Notes under the pieces: model-generated
The model's database searches: none
What the model was told of the DNA's origin: nothing
The model's input: only the letters and a program-made list of their open reading frames with translations
Source: Rubrivivax sp.
GTDB lineage: Bacteria; Pseudomonadota; Gammaproteobacteria; Burkholderiales; Burkholderiaceae_C
Assembly (NCBI GenBank): GCA_027483705.1
Contig: JAIXTY010000045.1
Span: 43,503 to 107,502 of the forward strand
Reading direction: 5' to 3'
DNA: 64,000 nt
Position numbers and translations under genes: made by a program
Part shown: piece after piece, positions 7,680 to 18,500 of the stretch
Layout of the letters: the number at the start of each line of letters is the position of its first letter
Position numbering within the stretch: the first letter of the stretch is position 1

Positions 7680-10600
7680 CTGCAGCGCTGGCTCGGGCCA
7701 CCATTGGGCAGCCGGCACCGGGGGCGGATGGGCGGCGGCGGTGGCCGACAGGGCGGCCGCGGCGTGGGCGCGGTCGGCCAGCACCGGCAGGCTGCTCTCG
7801 GCGGTGCCGCCCGTCATCACCCGCAGGTAGTCCAGCGTCGCGCGGCCCGGGGCCTCGTCGGCGGGCGCGGTGCGACCGATGCCACCCCACGGTGCCGCGT
7901 CCAGCCGCAGCGCCGCCAGCGGCAGCCAGCCGGCGCCCGCCGTGGCCAAGGTGGCCGCCGACAGCGCCCCCACGGCGTCGGCCGGCAGGGCCCCGCTGGC
8001 CTCGCGCGCCGGCGCGCCGGCCACGGCCACGGCCTGGTACAGCCGCTCGCCCACCAGCACGTTGAAGCGGGTGCGGCCGTCGGCGCCGCTGTCGCGCAGC
8101 ACGGTGCCGCCGGCCTGGTCGACGTCGACCCGCGCGGCCACCGCATCCAGCGTCGCGCCGGCCTCGCTCTGGCCCGCGCCGAGCTGCGGGCCCAGGCCGC
8201 GCAGCACCAGGCGGTCGGCGTAGACATCGGCCGCGGCGTCGCTGCCCTGCTCGCGCAGCGTGCCGCCGGCCTGCAGCGTGAGGGTCGCGCCGGTGTCACC
8301 GCTGCGGGTGTCGATGCGCGACACCACCAGATCGCCCGTCGCCGCCACGCTCACGTCGCCGCGCGCGGTGCTCAGGCCCGAGCCCGCGGCCATGCGCACG
8401 GCGTCGCCGGCCTGCAGCGCCGCGGTGGCGCCCGGCGTGGCCAGGGCCAGCACGCCGGTGAGGTCGATGTCGCCCGACGCCGCCAGCTCCACGCCGCGCG
8501 CCGGCGCCATCGCCGCCAGCAGCTCGCCCTGCACCGCCAGGTCGCCCGCCGGCGCGGCCACGCGCACCTGCTCGAAGCCGGTGAAGCGCGCCAGCAGCGC
8601 CGCGTCCAGCAGCAGGGCACCGCCCGCCGCCGGCCCGCTGCCCACGCGCACGCCGACACCCTCGCCCGCCGACTGCAGCACCAGCCGGGCCGCGCTGCCG
8701 CCGGAACCCACCGTGCCCAGCGCCACGATCGAATCGGCCGTGATCTCGACGTCGCCCGTGCCCAGCACGACGTTGCCGACAATCACCTGGCTCGCGCCGC
8801 GGATCACCAGCGAGCCGCCGGTCAGCTCCACGGGCCCGTCGAAGCGCACCACGCCGCTGGCCTCGACGCGCAGCTCGCCGCTCACGCGCACGGCCTCGGC
8901 AAAGCGCACGTCGCTGGCGCCGGCCACGAGCACGCGGTCGACGATCTGCGCGCCGCCGATCACGCCGCGCAGCGTGACGTCGCCGCCGTCGCTGCGCAGC
9001 TCCAGCACATCGGCCGCGCCGCCGGCGGTGCCGTCGATGGCGCCGCCGATGACGATGTCGCCATCACCGGCCGCGCCGCCCACGCCGGCCTGCAGCACGA
9101 AGGCGCCACCCAGCCGCAGCCCGCTGTCGAGCACGAAGGCGCCCGCCTGCTGCAGCGCCGAGGCGCCCGGCACGTCCAGCACAGCCCCGGCCCCACCCGG
9201 CTGCAGCCACACGCGCGCACCGCCAAAGGCCGTGACGGCGCGGCCGTCGGCCGGCGCGCTGCCGTCCGTGAGGTCGATGTCGCCGGCGCGTGTGAGCAGC
9301 GCCACCGTGCCCGCGCCGCCGGTGGTGACGAGGTCGCTCTGCGCCGCGTCGTCCACCGCCGTCGTCGTGCCGTCGGCGCCGACGCGGTTCACGCGCACGG
9401 CCACGTCGGCCACGCGGATGCCGTCGGCCTCGTCCAGCCACAGGGCGTCGCCGGCGCGCGCGCTGATCGCGCCCACGCGCAGCTCCAGGCGCTCGGCTTC
9501 GGTGCCGATGCCGGCGCCACTCACCAGCCGCAGGCCGGTGGCCGCGACCTCGGGCGCGTCGTCGCCGGTGCCCGTGCTGTCGGTCGCCTCGGTGATGGCG
9601 CCACCGGCCACGAGCGAGACATCGCCGTTGCCGGCGCCGACGCGCGCCACGGTGATGTCGCCGCCGGCCGCGATGCGCAGCGCGCCGTTGGTGGTGTCGA
9701 TGCCGGCCCCGGCCAGCTGCGCCACGCGGCCGCCGGCCTCGATGTCCAGCGTGCGGCCGGCGCGGGCCAGCGCGATGTCGGCGGCCAGCTGCACCTCGCC
9801 GGTGGCACGCAGCGTGGCGTGGCCGGCCGAAACGCGCAGCGCCGCGCCGCTCTCCAGGTAGACGCCGGCCACGGTGGGCCCGCCACCGGCGTCGAGCAGC
9901 AGGTTGCCGGTGCTGGCGATGCCCAGGCCGTCGGCGTCGCCATCGGCCACGCTCAGGGCGCCGCCGCTGCGCAGCACCACGTTGCCGGCGGATTCGATGT
10001 CGGCCAGCGCGGCGTCTGTCAGCGCCGCGCGCGTGCCGTCGGCCGCCACGCGCTGCACGGTGACGGGGCCGACGCGGTCGATGCGCAGCGCGTCGGTCTC
10101 CTGCACGAAGAGGCCCGCGGCGCCGGTGCCGGCCACGGTGGCGGCCAGGCGGTCGACGGTGGTCTGCAGCGGGGCCGCGCCGGTGCCCGCGCCGCCGCCC
10201 GTGGCCACGAGGCGCAGCGACTGCGCGCGCACGTCGACCTCGCTGCCGCCGCTGTCGGCGATGCTGCGCGCCAGCAGGCTGACGTCACCGCCGGCCACCA
10301 GCTCGCCCAGCGTCAGCGAGCCCGTGGCCTGCAGCCGCAGCGAGCCACCGGCGCTGACGACGACGCTGCCGTCGGCCATCAGCAGGTTGGCGCCGCTGGC
10401 CAGGTCGGCGCTGGCGTCACCGCTCAGCTGCACGCGGCCCGCGGCGGCGAAGGCCAGGTCGCCCAGCGCGCGCAGCGACAACGGCCCGGCGCCGAAGAGC
10501 CCCGAGTCGACGAACACACGGCCGCCTTCGGCCTGCAGCAGCACCGGCCCGCTGCCGGCCACCAGCGCCGATGCCGGCGTGGCGCTGCCGCCGCCCAGGC

Positions 10601-13600
10601 GCAGGTCGCCGCTGCGCAGCACCAGCGCCAGCGTGCCGCCCTCGGCCACGACCAGGTCTTCCTGCGACGGGGCGTCCAGGCGCGCGCTGCTGCCGTCGGC
10701 GGCCACGCGCTGCACCGCCACGGCGGTGGCGCCGATGGTCAGTGCATCGGCCTCGGCCAGCCACAGGCCCCCGGCGCCGGCCGCGGCCGACAGCGTGGTG
10801 GCGCGCGTTTCCAGTGCGTTGGCCGCGGCGCCGATGGCGTCGGTGGCCGCGAGCTGCAGCACGCCGGCGATCACGTCCACCTCGGCATCGCCATCGGCGT
10901 CGCCGTCGCTGATGCGCGCGGCCCGCAGCGCCACGGCGCCGGTGCCGGCCTGCACCGACTCCAGCACCAGCTCGCCGCCGGCACGCGCCAGCACGGCGCC
11001 GTTGTTCGTGAGCAGGCTGCCACCCTGGGCCAGCACGAGGCGGCCGCCGGCCTCGAGGTCGAGGCTGCGCGTGGCGCCGGCCAGCGCCACCTCGGTGAGC
11101 TCCAGGTCGGCGCCGGCCCGCAGCGTCGCGGCGCCGTCGGCCACGGCGATGCGCCCGCTCAGGCGCAGCGAGGCGGCGTCGCCGTCGGCCACCAGGCGCA
11201 GCGCGCCGGCGGCGCTCACGGCGCCGGCCCCGCTGATGCTGCCGCTGGCCTGCAGCAGCAGCGCGGCGCCGCTGGCCAGGCCGTCGATCACGACCGCACC
11301 GCGCTGCGCGATGGCGATGCCGCCGCCGCTCACATCGAGCGTCAGGCGACCGACGGCGGTTTCGATGGCGTCGGCCGGCGTGCCGAAGCCGCCGCCGCTG
11401 GGCGTGGCCAGCGTCGCGTTGAGCGAGGCGGCCGTGAGGTCGGCCGCGGGGTCGGCGTCGGCCACGATGTCGCGCAGCGCCGCGGCGGTGATCGCCAGCG
11501 CGCCGGCGCCGGCGTCCACACGCGACACCGTCAGCACGCCGCCGGCGGCCAGCGTGACGTCACCGCCGCCGCTGGCGAGCGCGCTGCCGTCGGCCATCGT
11601 CAGCGCCGACGTGGCCTGCAGCCGGGCCGCGCCGCCGCCGCTGGCCAGCTGCGCCGCGGCAGCCAGGTCGAGGCGGCCGTCGCTGCGCAGCTCGAGCCCG
11701 ACGCTGTCGACGCGGCCGTTGACGGCCAGGTCGCCGGCGGCCGAGAGCTGCAGCGCACCGCCCACGCTGGCGCTGGCCAGCGCCACGGCGCCGGCCCCGG
11801 CCAGCCAGGCGCCACCACCGGCGGCCAGCGTCAGCGTGGCGGCGTCGAACGCCAGCGCATCGCCCGCGGCGCCCACGGCGCCCCCGGCGGTGATGCTCAG
11901 CGCAGCGGCCTGCAGGTCGAGCGCGGTGTCGCCGTCGCGCAGCGCGCCGCCGGCCTGCAGCGTGAGCGTGGCGCCACGCGTGTCGACGGCGCCGAGGGCG
12001 ATGTCGCCACCGGCCTGCAGGCGGCTGTCGACGGCGCCGGTGACAACGCCGCCGCGCAGCGTGAGATCACGCCCCGCCTGCAGCTGGGCGCCGCCGGTGG
12101 CCGTGGCGTCGGCCTCGATCAGCAGGTCGCGGCCCGCCGACAAGGTCAGGGCGCCGGCGCTGCTGCTCAGCGGCGCGGCCAGGCTCAGGTCGGCGGCCGG
12201 GCCTTCGGCCGCCAACGTCAATGCCGTGGCGGCCGACACGGGCGTGGCCACCGTGCCCTGCACGCTGCCCGCGGCGCGCAGCTGCAGCGCGGCGGCGCTG
12301 GCCAGGCCGGCCAGCGTGGCCTCGGCCTCGCTGCGCACGGCGGCCACGCCGTCGCTGCCCACGCGGGCCGGCAGCGCCAGCGCGTCGAGCGAGGCCAGCG
12401 CCAGGCCGTCGGCCTCGGTGGCGAAGAGGCCGCCCGTGGTGCTGCGTGCGGCCAGCGTGTCGGCGGCCAGGCGCAGCGGGTCGGCGGCGCTGCCCAGCGA
12501 CGCGGCCTCCAGGCGCAGTGTGGTGCCGCGCAGCTCGGCGCCGCTGCCACTGAACACGGCCGTCAGTGCGCCAGGCGCCCGCAGGCTCAGGCTGCCGCCG
12601 GCCTCGACCTGGCCCAGCGCCAGCACGCCGCCACCCAGCACGCGCGCCGCGCCGGTGCTGGCCCAGCGCGTGCCGTCGGCGGCGATCACGTCGCCGCCGG
12701 CCTCGATGTCGAGCGTGGCCGCGGCAAGGTCGCCGGCCGCCGTGGCCGTGAGCGCCCCGGCCGCCAGCAGCGTGGCGCTGCCCGCGGCCGTGATGCTGGC
12801 GGCCAGCGACAGCGCGCCCGGCGCCTGCAGCCGCAGCGCGCCGCCCGCCGCCACGGGCTGCGCCACCCGCAGCTCGCCGCCGGCCAGCGCCAGCACGGCC
12901 GGCCCGCCGGCCGTCAGGCCCGCCAGTGCGGCATCGGCCGGGCCGGCGGCGGTGCTGCCATCGGCCGCCACGCGCTGCACCACCAGGCCGTCGACGCGAC
13001 CGATCTCGAAGCCGCTGCTGCCGGCGTCGGCCACGCTCACGAAGGCGCCGCCGCCTGCGGCCAGCGCCAGCCGCGCCGTGGCCACGCGCAGCGCGTCGCC
13101 CGCCAGCGCGATGCCGCCGCTGCCGCCGTCCAGGCGCAGGGCCGCGGCGCTGATGTCGGGCTGTGTCGGCGCGCCCGCGGCGGTGGCGATGCCGGTGGCG
13201 CCCCGCAGGCTGGCCGTGCCGGTGCCGGCATCGACGCGGCCCAGCGTCAGCGTGCCGCCGGCGTCGATGCGCACCGGGCCGTTGCTGGTCAGCACCTGGG
13301 CGTTGGCCCCGAAGCTGGCGTCGCCGCCGGCGCGGATGTCGACGCCCTGGCCGGCAGCCGCGGTGCGCAGCGCCACGGCGGCGGGCGCCGGCACCAGCAG
13401 CGCCTGCGCCGCGACGAGGCTCAGGTGTCCGGCCACCGCGCGCACCTCGGCGCCGATTGTCAGCGTGCCACCGGTGCCGCCGGCCTGCAGCAGTGCGTCG
13501 CTGCCGGCCTGCACGGCGCCCTGCACGTCGAGCGCGCCGGCCGCCGTCGTCACGGCCAGGTCGCCGCCCGCGCGCAGCCCGGCGCTGCCAATGGCCAGCG

Positions 13601-15578
13601 CGGTGGCCTCGGCCAGCAGCAGCGCGCCGCTGCCGGCATCAGCCACCAGCGTGCCGACGCTGCTGCGCAGCGGCGTGCCCGCGGCACCGATGCCGGTGGC
13701 GGCGTTGAGCGTCACGCTCGCGGCCTCGCCGCGCAGGTTGGCGTCGTCGCCGGCCCAGCCGTCGCGGATGGCGCCGGCGGTGCTGCGCAGCTCGATGGCG
13801 CTGCTGGCCGCCACCACGCCCACCGTGAGATCGCCGGTGCTGGTGAGCGCGATGCGGCCGCCGCTGCCGGCGTCGAGCGTGACGCCGGAGAGATCCAGCG
13901 CGCCGCCGCTGGTGAAGCTCACCGCCCCGCCCGCCGTCGTGACCGCAGCACCCAGCACCAGCCCGCCCGCGCCGGCCTCCAGCGTGATGGGCGCGGCGCC
14001 GCTGGCGGTGACGCTGCCGGCCGCCGTGCTCGACAGCGCATCGGCCGCGCGCAGCAGCACCGCGCCGCCGGCCACGCTGATGGGCGCCTGCACACGCAGG
14101 TCGCTGCCGCTGCCCAGGGCCTCGAGCGTGAGCGGGCCGCCGCCGGCGATGCTGGCGCCGCGGCCGTCGAGCACCAGGCTGCCGGCGGTGGTGGCGATGC
14201 GCGCCGCCGCGGTGGCGCCGGCGTCGGTCTGCTCCAGGCCGGTGACGGTGACGCTGCCGTCGATGACCGCGGCGTCGAAGCGTGTCGTGGTGCGCGCCGC
14301 ACCCACCGTGACGGCGATGTCGCCGGCGCCGCTGTTGACGACGTCGAGCTGCTGCACCTCCACGCGCGCCAGGCTCACCCCGGTGGCGGCGTCGATGTCG
14401 AGCACCAGCGCGCGCAGCGCCTCGCTGCTGCGGCCGTCGGTGGCGACGTCGAGCGACAGCACGCGGCCGCCGCTCGTGGCCAGCTCGATGCGGTCGGCCT
14501 CGATCTCGTTGGCGATGCGGATGTCGCCCGTGGCCTGCAGGCGCAGCGTGTCGCCCGGGCCGAGGCGCAGGATGGCGTCGCGGCTGCTGTAGTCGGCCAC
14601 GTCGATGCGGCCGCCCAGCACCGTCAGCGGGCCCGGCAGCGCCGTGCCGTCGACGTTGGGGTTGGCGCCCACGCTGACGAGACCGGTGCCGTCGGCGCGG
14701 CCCACGGTGAACTGCGCAAAGCCGTCGGCGAAGGCCGCCATCTCGGTGCGGTCGAGGCTCAGCGTGGTGGGCGTGTCGCTCACGCCGGCCGGGTTGAGCA
14801 GCGCCACCGCCTGCCCCACGCTCGCCGGCCGCAGCGTGACGCCGCCGCTGCCGACGATGAGCTCCTCGCCCATGCGCAGGTCGATCTCGTCGGCCTCGAT
14901 CAGCAGGTTGCCGGGCGTGGCCGCCGAACCGGTGGCCAGCGTGAGCCGGCTGCCCGGGCCGAAGAACACCTGCGTGGCGCCGGTGATGCTGAGGCTGCCG
15001 CCCTCGCGCAGCGTGACGCCGCCGTTGAAGCTGACGACGCCGCCGGCCGTGATGCTGAGCGGCCCGTCGAGCGTGACCTCGCGGTCGAAGGTGACGTCGT
15101 CGAAGGCGATGACCGTCAGCGCCGCCAGCGGGTCGGTGCCGGCCGTGCCGTCGCCGATGGCGCCGCGGAAGCGCACGTCGCCGGCCGGGGCGAGCACCGT
15201 CAGGCGGTCGGTCGTGGCGGCGCTGTTGCCGCCCACGTAGTCGGTGCTGTCGTTGCCGATGCTGGCGTTGCCGGCGGTGGCGGTGACGGTGACGTTGCCG
15301 ACCACGCGCACCGAGTTGACGAAGTTGACGTTCGCGTCGCTGAAGTCGGTGCTCAGCACCGTGGCGGGGTCGCTGAACGGCGTGATGCCGGCGGGCGCCA
15401 GCGCCGTGCTGCCGGCGTAGGCCTCGGCCAGCGCGGCGTCGTGCGGGTCGGGCGGCAGCAGCGCCAGCACCGCGGTGCCGACGGCGTCGGCCGACAGCAG
15501 CAGCCGCGGCTCGAGGGCTTCCAGTCCGAAGGTGGAACGGACGGTGCGGCGCTCGGGGCGCGGCCGGTCAGAGCGCAA
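7674..15578 (-). CDS. Large LEPRxLL-leader secreted repeat protein (~2,634 aa), FHA/beta-helix-like
   Basis: Open frame 7674..15608 with LEALEPRLLLSAD at 15486-15524 and Gly/Ala-rich repeats (L.A.GGIG...LET....L.A.A..GG.FL.EADGL). Start placed at TTG 15578 because GGGAGG lies 6 nt upstream; GTG 15608 is the alternative. Confidence 0.88.
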   Translation of the reverse strand: MRSDRPRPERRTVRSTFGLEALEPRLLLSADAVGTAVLALLPPDPHDAALAEAYAGSTALAPAGITPFSDPATVLSTDFSDANVNFVNSVRVVGNVTVTATAGNASIGNDSTDYVGGNSAATTDRLTVLAPAGDVRFRGAIGDGTAGTDPLAALTVIAFDDVTFDREVTLDGPLSITAGGVVSFNGGVTLREGGSLSITGATQVFFGPGSRLTLATGSAATPGNLLIEADEIDLRMGEELIVGSGGVTLRPASVGQAVALLNPAGVSDTPTTLSLDRTEMAAFADGFAQFTVGRADGTGLVSVGANPNVDGTALPGPLTVLGGRIDVADYSSRDAILRLGPGDTLRLQATGDIRIANEIEADRIELATSGGRVLSLDVATDGRSSEALRALVLDIDAATGVSLARVEVQQLDVVNSGAGDIAVTVGAARTTTRFDAAVIDGSVTVTGLEQTDAGATAAARIATTAGSLVLDGRGASIAGGGPLTLEALGSGSDLRVQAPISVAGGAVLLRAADALSSTAAGSVTASGAAPITLEAGAGGLVLGAAVTTAGGAVSFTSGGALDLSGVTLDAGSGGRIALTSTGDLTVGVVAASSAIELRSTAGAIRDGWAGDDANLRGEAASVTLNAATGIGAAGTPLRSSVGTLVADAGSGALLLAEATALAIGSAGLRAGGDLAVTTAAGALDVQGAVQAGSDALLQAGGTGGTLTIGAEVRAVAGHLSLVAAQALLVPAPAAVALRTAAAGQGVDIRAGGDASFGANAQVLTSNGPVRIDAGGTLTLGRVDAGTGTASLRGATGIATAAGAPTQPDISAAALRLDGGSGGIALAGDALRVATARLALAAGGGAFVSVADAGSSGFEIGRVDGLVVQRVAADGSTAAGPADAALAGLTAGGPAVLALAGGELRVAQPVAAGGALRLQAPGALSLAASITAAGSATLLAAGALTATAAGDLAAATLDIEAGGDVIAADGTRWASTGAARVLGGGVLALGQVEAGGSLSLRAPGALTAVFSGSGAELRGTTLRLEAASLGSAADPLRLAADTLAARSTTGGLFATEADGLALASLDALALPARVGSDGVAAVRSEAEATLAGLASAAALQLRAAGSVQGTVATPVSAATALTLAAEGPAADLSLAAPLSSSAGALTLSAGRDLLIEADATATGGAQLQAGRDLTLRGGVVTGAVDSRLQAGGDIALGAVDTRGATLTLQAGGALRDGDTALDLQAAALSITAGGAVGAAGDALAFDAATLTLAAGGGAWLAGAGAVALASASVGGALQLSAAGDLAVNGRVDSVGLELRSDGRLDLAAAAQLASGGGAARLQATSALTMADGSALASGGGDVTLAAGGVLTVSRVDAGAGALAITAAALRDIVADADPAADLTAASLNATLATPSGGGFGTPADAIETAVGRLTLDVSGGGIAIAQRGAVVIDGLASGAALLLQASGSISGAGAVSAAGALRLVADGDAASLRLSGRIAVADGAATLRAGADLELTEVALAGATRSLDLEAGGRLVLAQGGSLLTNNGAVLARAGGELVLESVQAGTGAVALRAARISDGDADGDAEVDVIAGVLQLAATDAIGAAANALETRATTLSAAAGAGGLWLAEADALTIGATAVAVQRVAADGSSARLDAPSQEDLVVAEGGTLALVLRSGDLRLGGGSATPASALVAGSGPVLLQAEGGRVFVDSGLFGAGPLSLRALGDLAFAAAGRVQLSGDASADLASGANLLMADGSVVVSAGGSLRLQATGSLTLGELVAGGDVSLLARSIADSGGSEVDVRAQSLRLVATGGGAGTGAAPLQTTVDRLAATVAGTGAAGLFVQETDALRIDRVGPVTVQRVAADGTRAALTDAALADIESAGNVVLRSGGALSVADGDADGLGIASTGNLLLDAGGGPTVAGVYLESGAALRVSAGHATLRATGEVQLAADIALARAGRTLDIEAGGRVAQLAGAGIDTTNGALRIAAGGDITVARVGAGNGDVSLVAGGAITEATDSTGTGDDAPEVAATGLRLVSGAGIGTEAERLELRVGAISARAGDALWLDEADGIRVADVAVRVNRVGADGTTTAVDDAAQSDLVTTGGAGTVALLTRAGDIDLTDGSAPADGRAVTAFGGARVWLQPGGAGAVLDVPGASALQQAGAFVLDSGLRLGGAFVLQAGVGGAAGDGDIVIGGAIDGTAGGAADVLELRSDGGDVTLRGVIGGAQIVDRVLVAGASDVRFAEAVRVSGELRVEASGVVRFDGPVELTGGSLVIRGASQVIVGNVVLGTGDVEITADSIVALGTVGSGGSAARLVLQSAGEGVGVRVGSGPAAGGALLLDAALLARFTGFEQVRVAAPAGDLAVQGELLAAMAPARGVELAASGDIDLTGVLALATPGATAALQAGDAVRMAAGSGLSTARGDVSVAATGDLVVSRIDTRSGDTGATLTLQAGGTLREQGSDAAADVYADRLVLRGLGPQLGAGQSEAGATLDAVAARVDVDQAGGTVLRDSGADGRTRFNVLVGERLYQAVAVAGAPAREASGALPADAVGALSAATLATAGAGWLPLAALRLDAAPWGGIGRTAPADEAPGRATLDYLRVMTGGTAESSLPVLADRAHAAAALSATAAAHPPPVPAAQWWPEPALQF

Positions 15579-18500
15579 GGCTGTCCTCCCAGTAGTCGTA
15601 TCGGTCACCGGCCGTCGGGGCGCCCGTGGCCGCCGGCTGGCGGTCGGCGGCGCCCAGCAGCCAGGCTTTCTCGAGGCGCGCCGCCAGGCCCCAGGCCTCG
15701 TCGGCGAGCAGTTCGCTGCGCGTGAGCTGCAGCACCGCGTCGCCGGCCAGCACCGGCGTGGGCAGCGCGGTCATCAAGGTCGCGAGGTAGCGCTCGGCCG
15801 CGGTGTCGGGCAGGCGCGGGGCATCGGCGGCGCGCGCGGCGGCCAGGGCCGTGGCGCGGTGCTCCTCGCGCACGTCGGCCAGCGGGCGCAGCGCGCTCCA
15901 CCAGGCCTCGGCCGTGCCGGCCCAGGCGGCGCTGTCGATGGCGCCGTCGGCGGCCGGCACCAGCGGGGCCGCCGCGCCGCGCTCGTGCGCGCCCACGACC
16001 TCGACCAGCGTGCGCAGCGTGCCGCCGGCCAGCAGGTTGTAGCGCGTGCGGCCGTCGGCGCCGGTGTCGCGCACCACGGTGCCGGCGGCGTCGACATCGA
16101 TGCGGTCGGCCCGCGCGTCGATGGCGCTGCCGGCCGACGCGGCGCCGATCGGCACGACCGGGCCCAGGCCGCGCAGCACCAGCAGGCCGGTGTCGACGTT
16201 GACGGCGCGGTCGGCCGCGGCGTCGCTGCCGTTCTCGCGCACGACACCGCCGGCGCTGACCAGCAGCACGCTGCCGGCGCCGGCTGCGCCGCGCGTGGCC
16301 AGCTGGCCTACGCGCAGCTCGCCCTCGGCCTGCACGCGCAGCTGCAGGTCGTCACCGGCCAGGCGCGCATCGGCGTCCATCAGCCAGCTGCCACCGGCCT
16401 GCAGCGACACCACCACGCCGGCCGCGGCCAGCTGCGTGCGGCCGGCCAGCGTGAAGCCGCCGCTGGACTGCAGCAGCAGACTCTCGGCCACCGCCAGCGT
16501 GCCCTCGCCGGCCAGCGCGAGCTGCGTGCCGGTGATGCGCAGCTCGTTCACGGCCAGCGCGGCCAGCGCGGCGGCGTCGAGCGCCACGGTGCCGCGGCCG
16601 TCGCCGAGCACGGCACGCTCGAAGCCACCCAGGCGCGACAGCGTCGCGGCGTCCAGCCGCAGCTCGCCGGCCGGCGCGGGCCCGTCGCCCACCACCAGCG
16701 CGGCGCCGCTGCCCAGGCCCTGCAGCTGCAGGCGATCGGCCGCGCCGTCGGCGCGCACCGTGCCGGCCAGCGTGAGCGAGCCGGCCTCGATGACGAGCTC
16801 GCCACCCAGCCCGGCACCGCCCAGCACCACGTCGCCCAGCACCACGCTGCCCGCGCCGCGCACCACGAGGCGGCCGCCGTCGAGCCGCAGGCCGGCATCG
16901 AAGCGCACCTCGCCGGTGGCCTCGATCACGAGTTCGCCGCGCAGGTGCACCTCGGCACCGAAGCGCACGTCGTCGGCACCGCGGATGCTCAGCGCCTCCA
17001 GCGGCTCGCCCAGGCCGACCGCGCCCTCGAAGCGCACGTCGCCACCGAGGCTGGTGATGTCGAGCCGGTCGACGGCGGCGGTGCCGCCCGCGGCGCGGCC
17101 GTCGATGGCGCCGCCGAAGCGGATGTCGCCGGCGCTCACCACCACCGTGCCGTCCAGGCGCAGCGCGCCGGGCAGGTCCAGCGGGCCGGTGCGCTCCAGC
17201 GTGCCGGCGGCGAGGTCGAGCACGCCGCCCGGCGCGGGCGTCAGCAGGATGGCGCCGCTGCCGTGCGCGTGCACCGCGCGGCCATCGGCCGGGGCCGTGC
17301 CGTCGTCGAGCGTGATGCCGCCGGCCAGCGTGGACAGCGCGATGCTGCCGTTGCCCGCCACGGTGACGAGGTCGCTCAGCGTCGCCTCGCGCCAGGTGGC
17401 CAGCACGCCGTCGCTGCCGACGCGCACGCCCGCGGCGGCGACGTCGCCCACGCGCACCGCGCCGTCGGCCACGAGCCAGATGCCGCCGCCGGCCGCGCGC
17501 GCGGCCACGGTGTCGGCGGTGACGGCCAGGCGGGCGTCGGCGCGGCCGATGCCGTCGGCCGCCACGGCGCGCAGCGTGGCCGATTCCAGCCGCGTGCCGT
17601 CGAGCGCGGTGATGGACTGGCCGGCCTGCAGCGCCAGGTTGGCCGGCGTCGTGACACGGCCCAGCACCAGGTTCTGCGCGGCGGCCAGGCGCACGTCGGC
17701 GCCGGCCTGCAGCGAGCCGGTGGCCGCAAAGGCCAGCGCGGCGCCGCTGCTGTCGAGGAAGGCGCTGCCGGCGCTGCGCACGGCCGCGGCCAGCGAGACA
17801 TCGCCGCTGGCCTGCAGCGTGACGGCGCTGCCGCCGTCGACATCGGCCGCCACCAGCAGCTGCGCCGCGGCCAGCCGCAGCGGGCCGGCCGCGGCCAGCG
17901 CGGCGTTGACCGTCAGCGACCCGGCCGCCTGCGCCACCAGCACGCCGCCGCTGCGGCCGCTGAACGCCAGGGCGCCGGCGTCCTGCAGCCAGGCGCCGGC
18001 CGCGCCGGCGTCGAGCACCAGGGTGTCGGCCTCGGTGTTCAGCGCCTGCGTGGCGCTGCCCACGCCCGCGGCCTGCAGCCGCAGCGCGGTGGCGCGCACG
18101 TCCACCGTCGTCGCGCTGTCGTCGCCGCGCAGCACGCCACCGGCCACCAGCGTGGCGTCGGACGCTTCCACGAGGCCGGCCAGCTGCAGCTCGCCCTCGG
18201 CCTGCAGCAGCAGCGTGCCCGCGCTGCGCGCGCCCAGCACGCGCAGCGAGCCGGTGTCGCGCAGCCAGGCCTCGGCGGCGTCGAGCTGCAGCTCGGCGAC
18301 GTCGATCTCGAGCGCATCGCCGGCCGCGCCCGCCGCGCCCACGCTGCGCAGCACCAGGCGCGCGGCCTGCACGTCGACGGCCGCGTCGCCGTCGAGCACC
18401 GCGCCGCCGGCCTGCAGCGTGACGGTGCCGGGGCTCGTGATGTGGCCGAGCTGCAGCGCCGCACCGCTGCTGGCCCGCACGTCGCCGCCGGCGGTGACGG

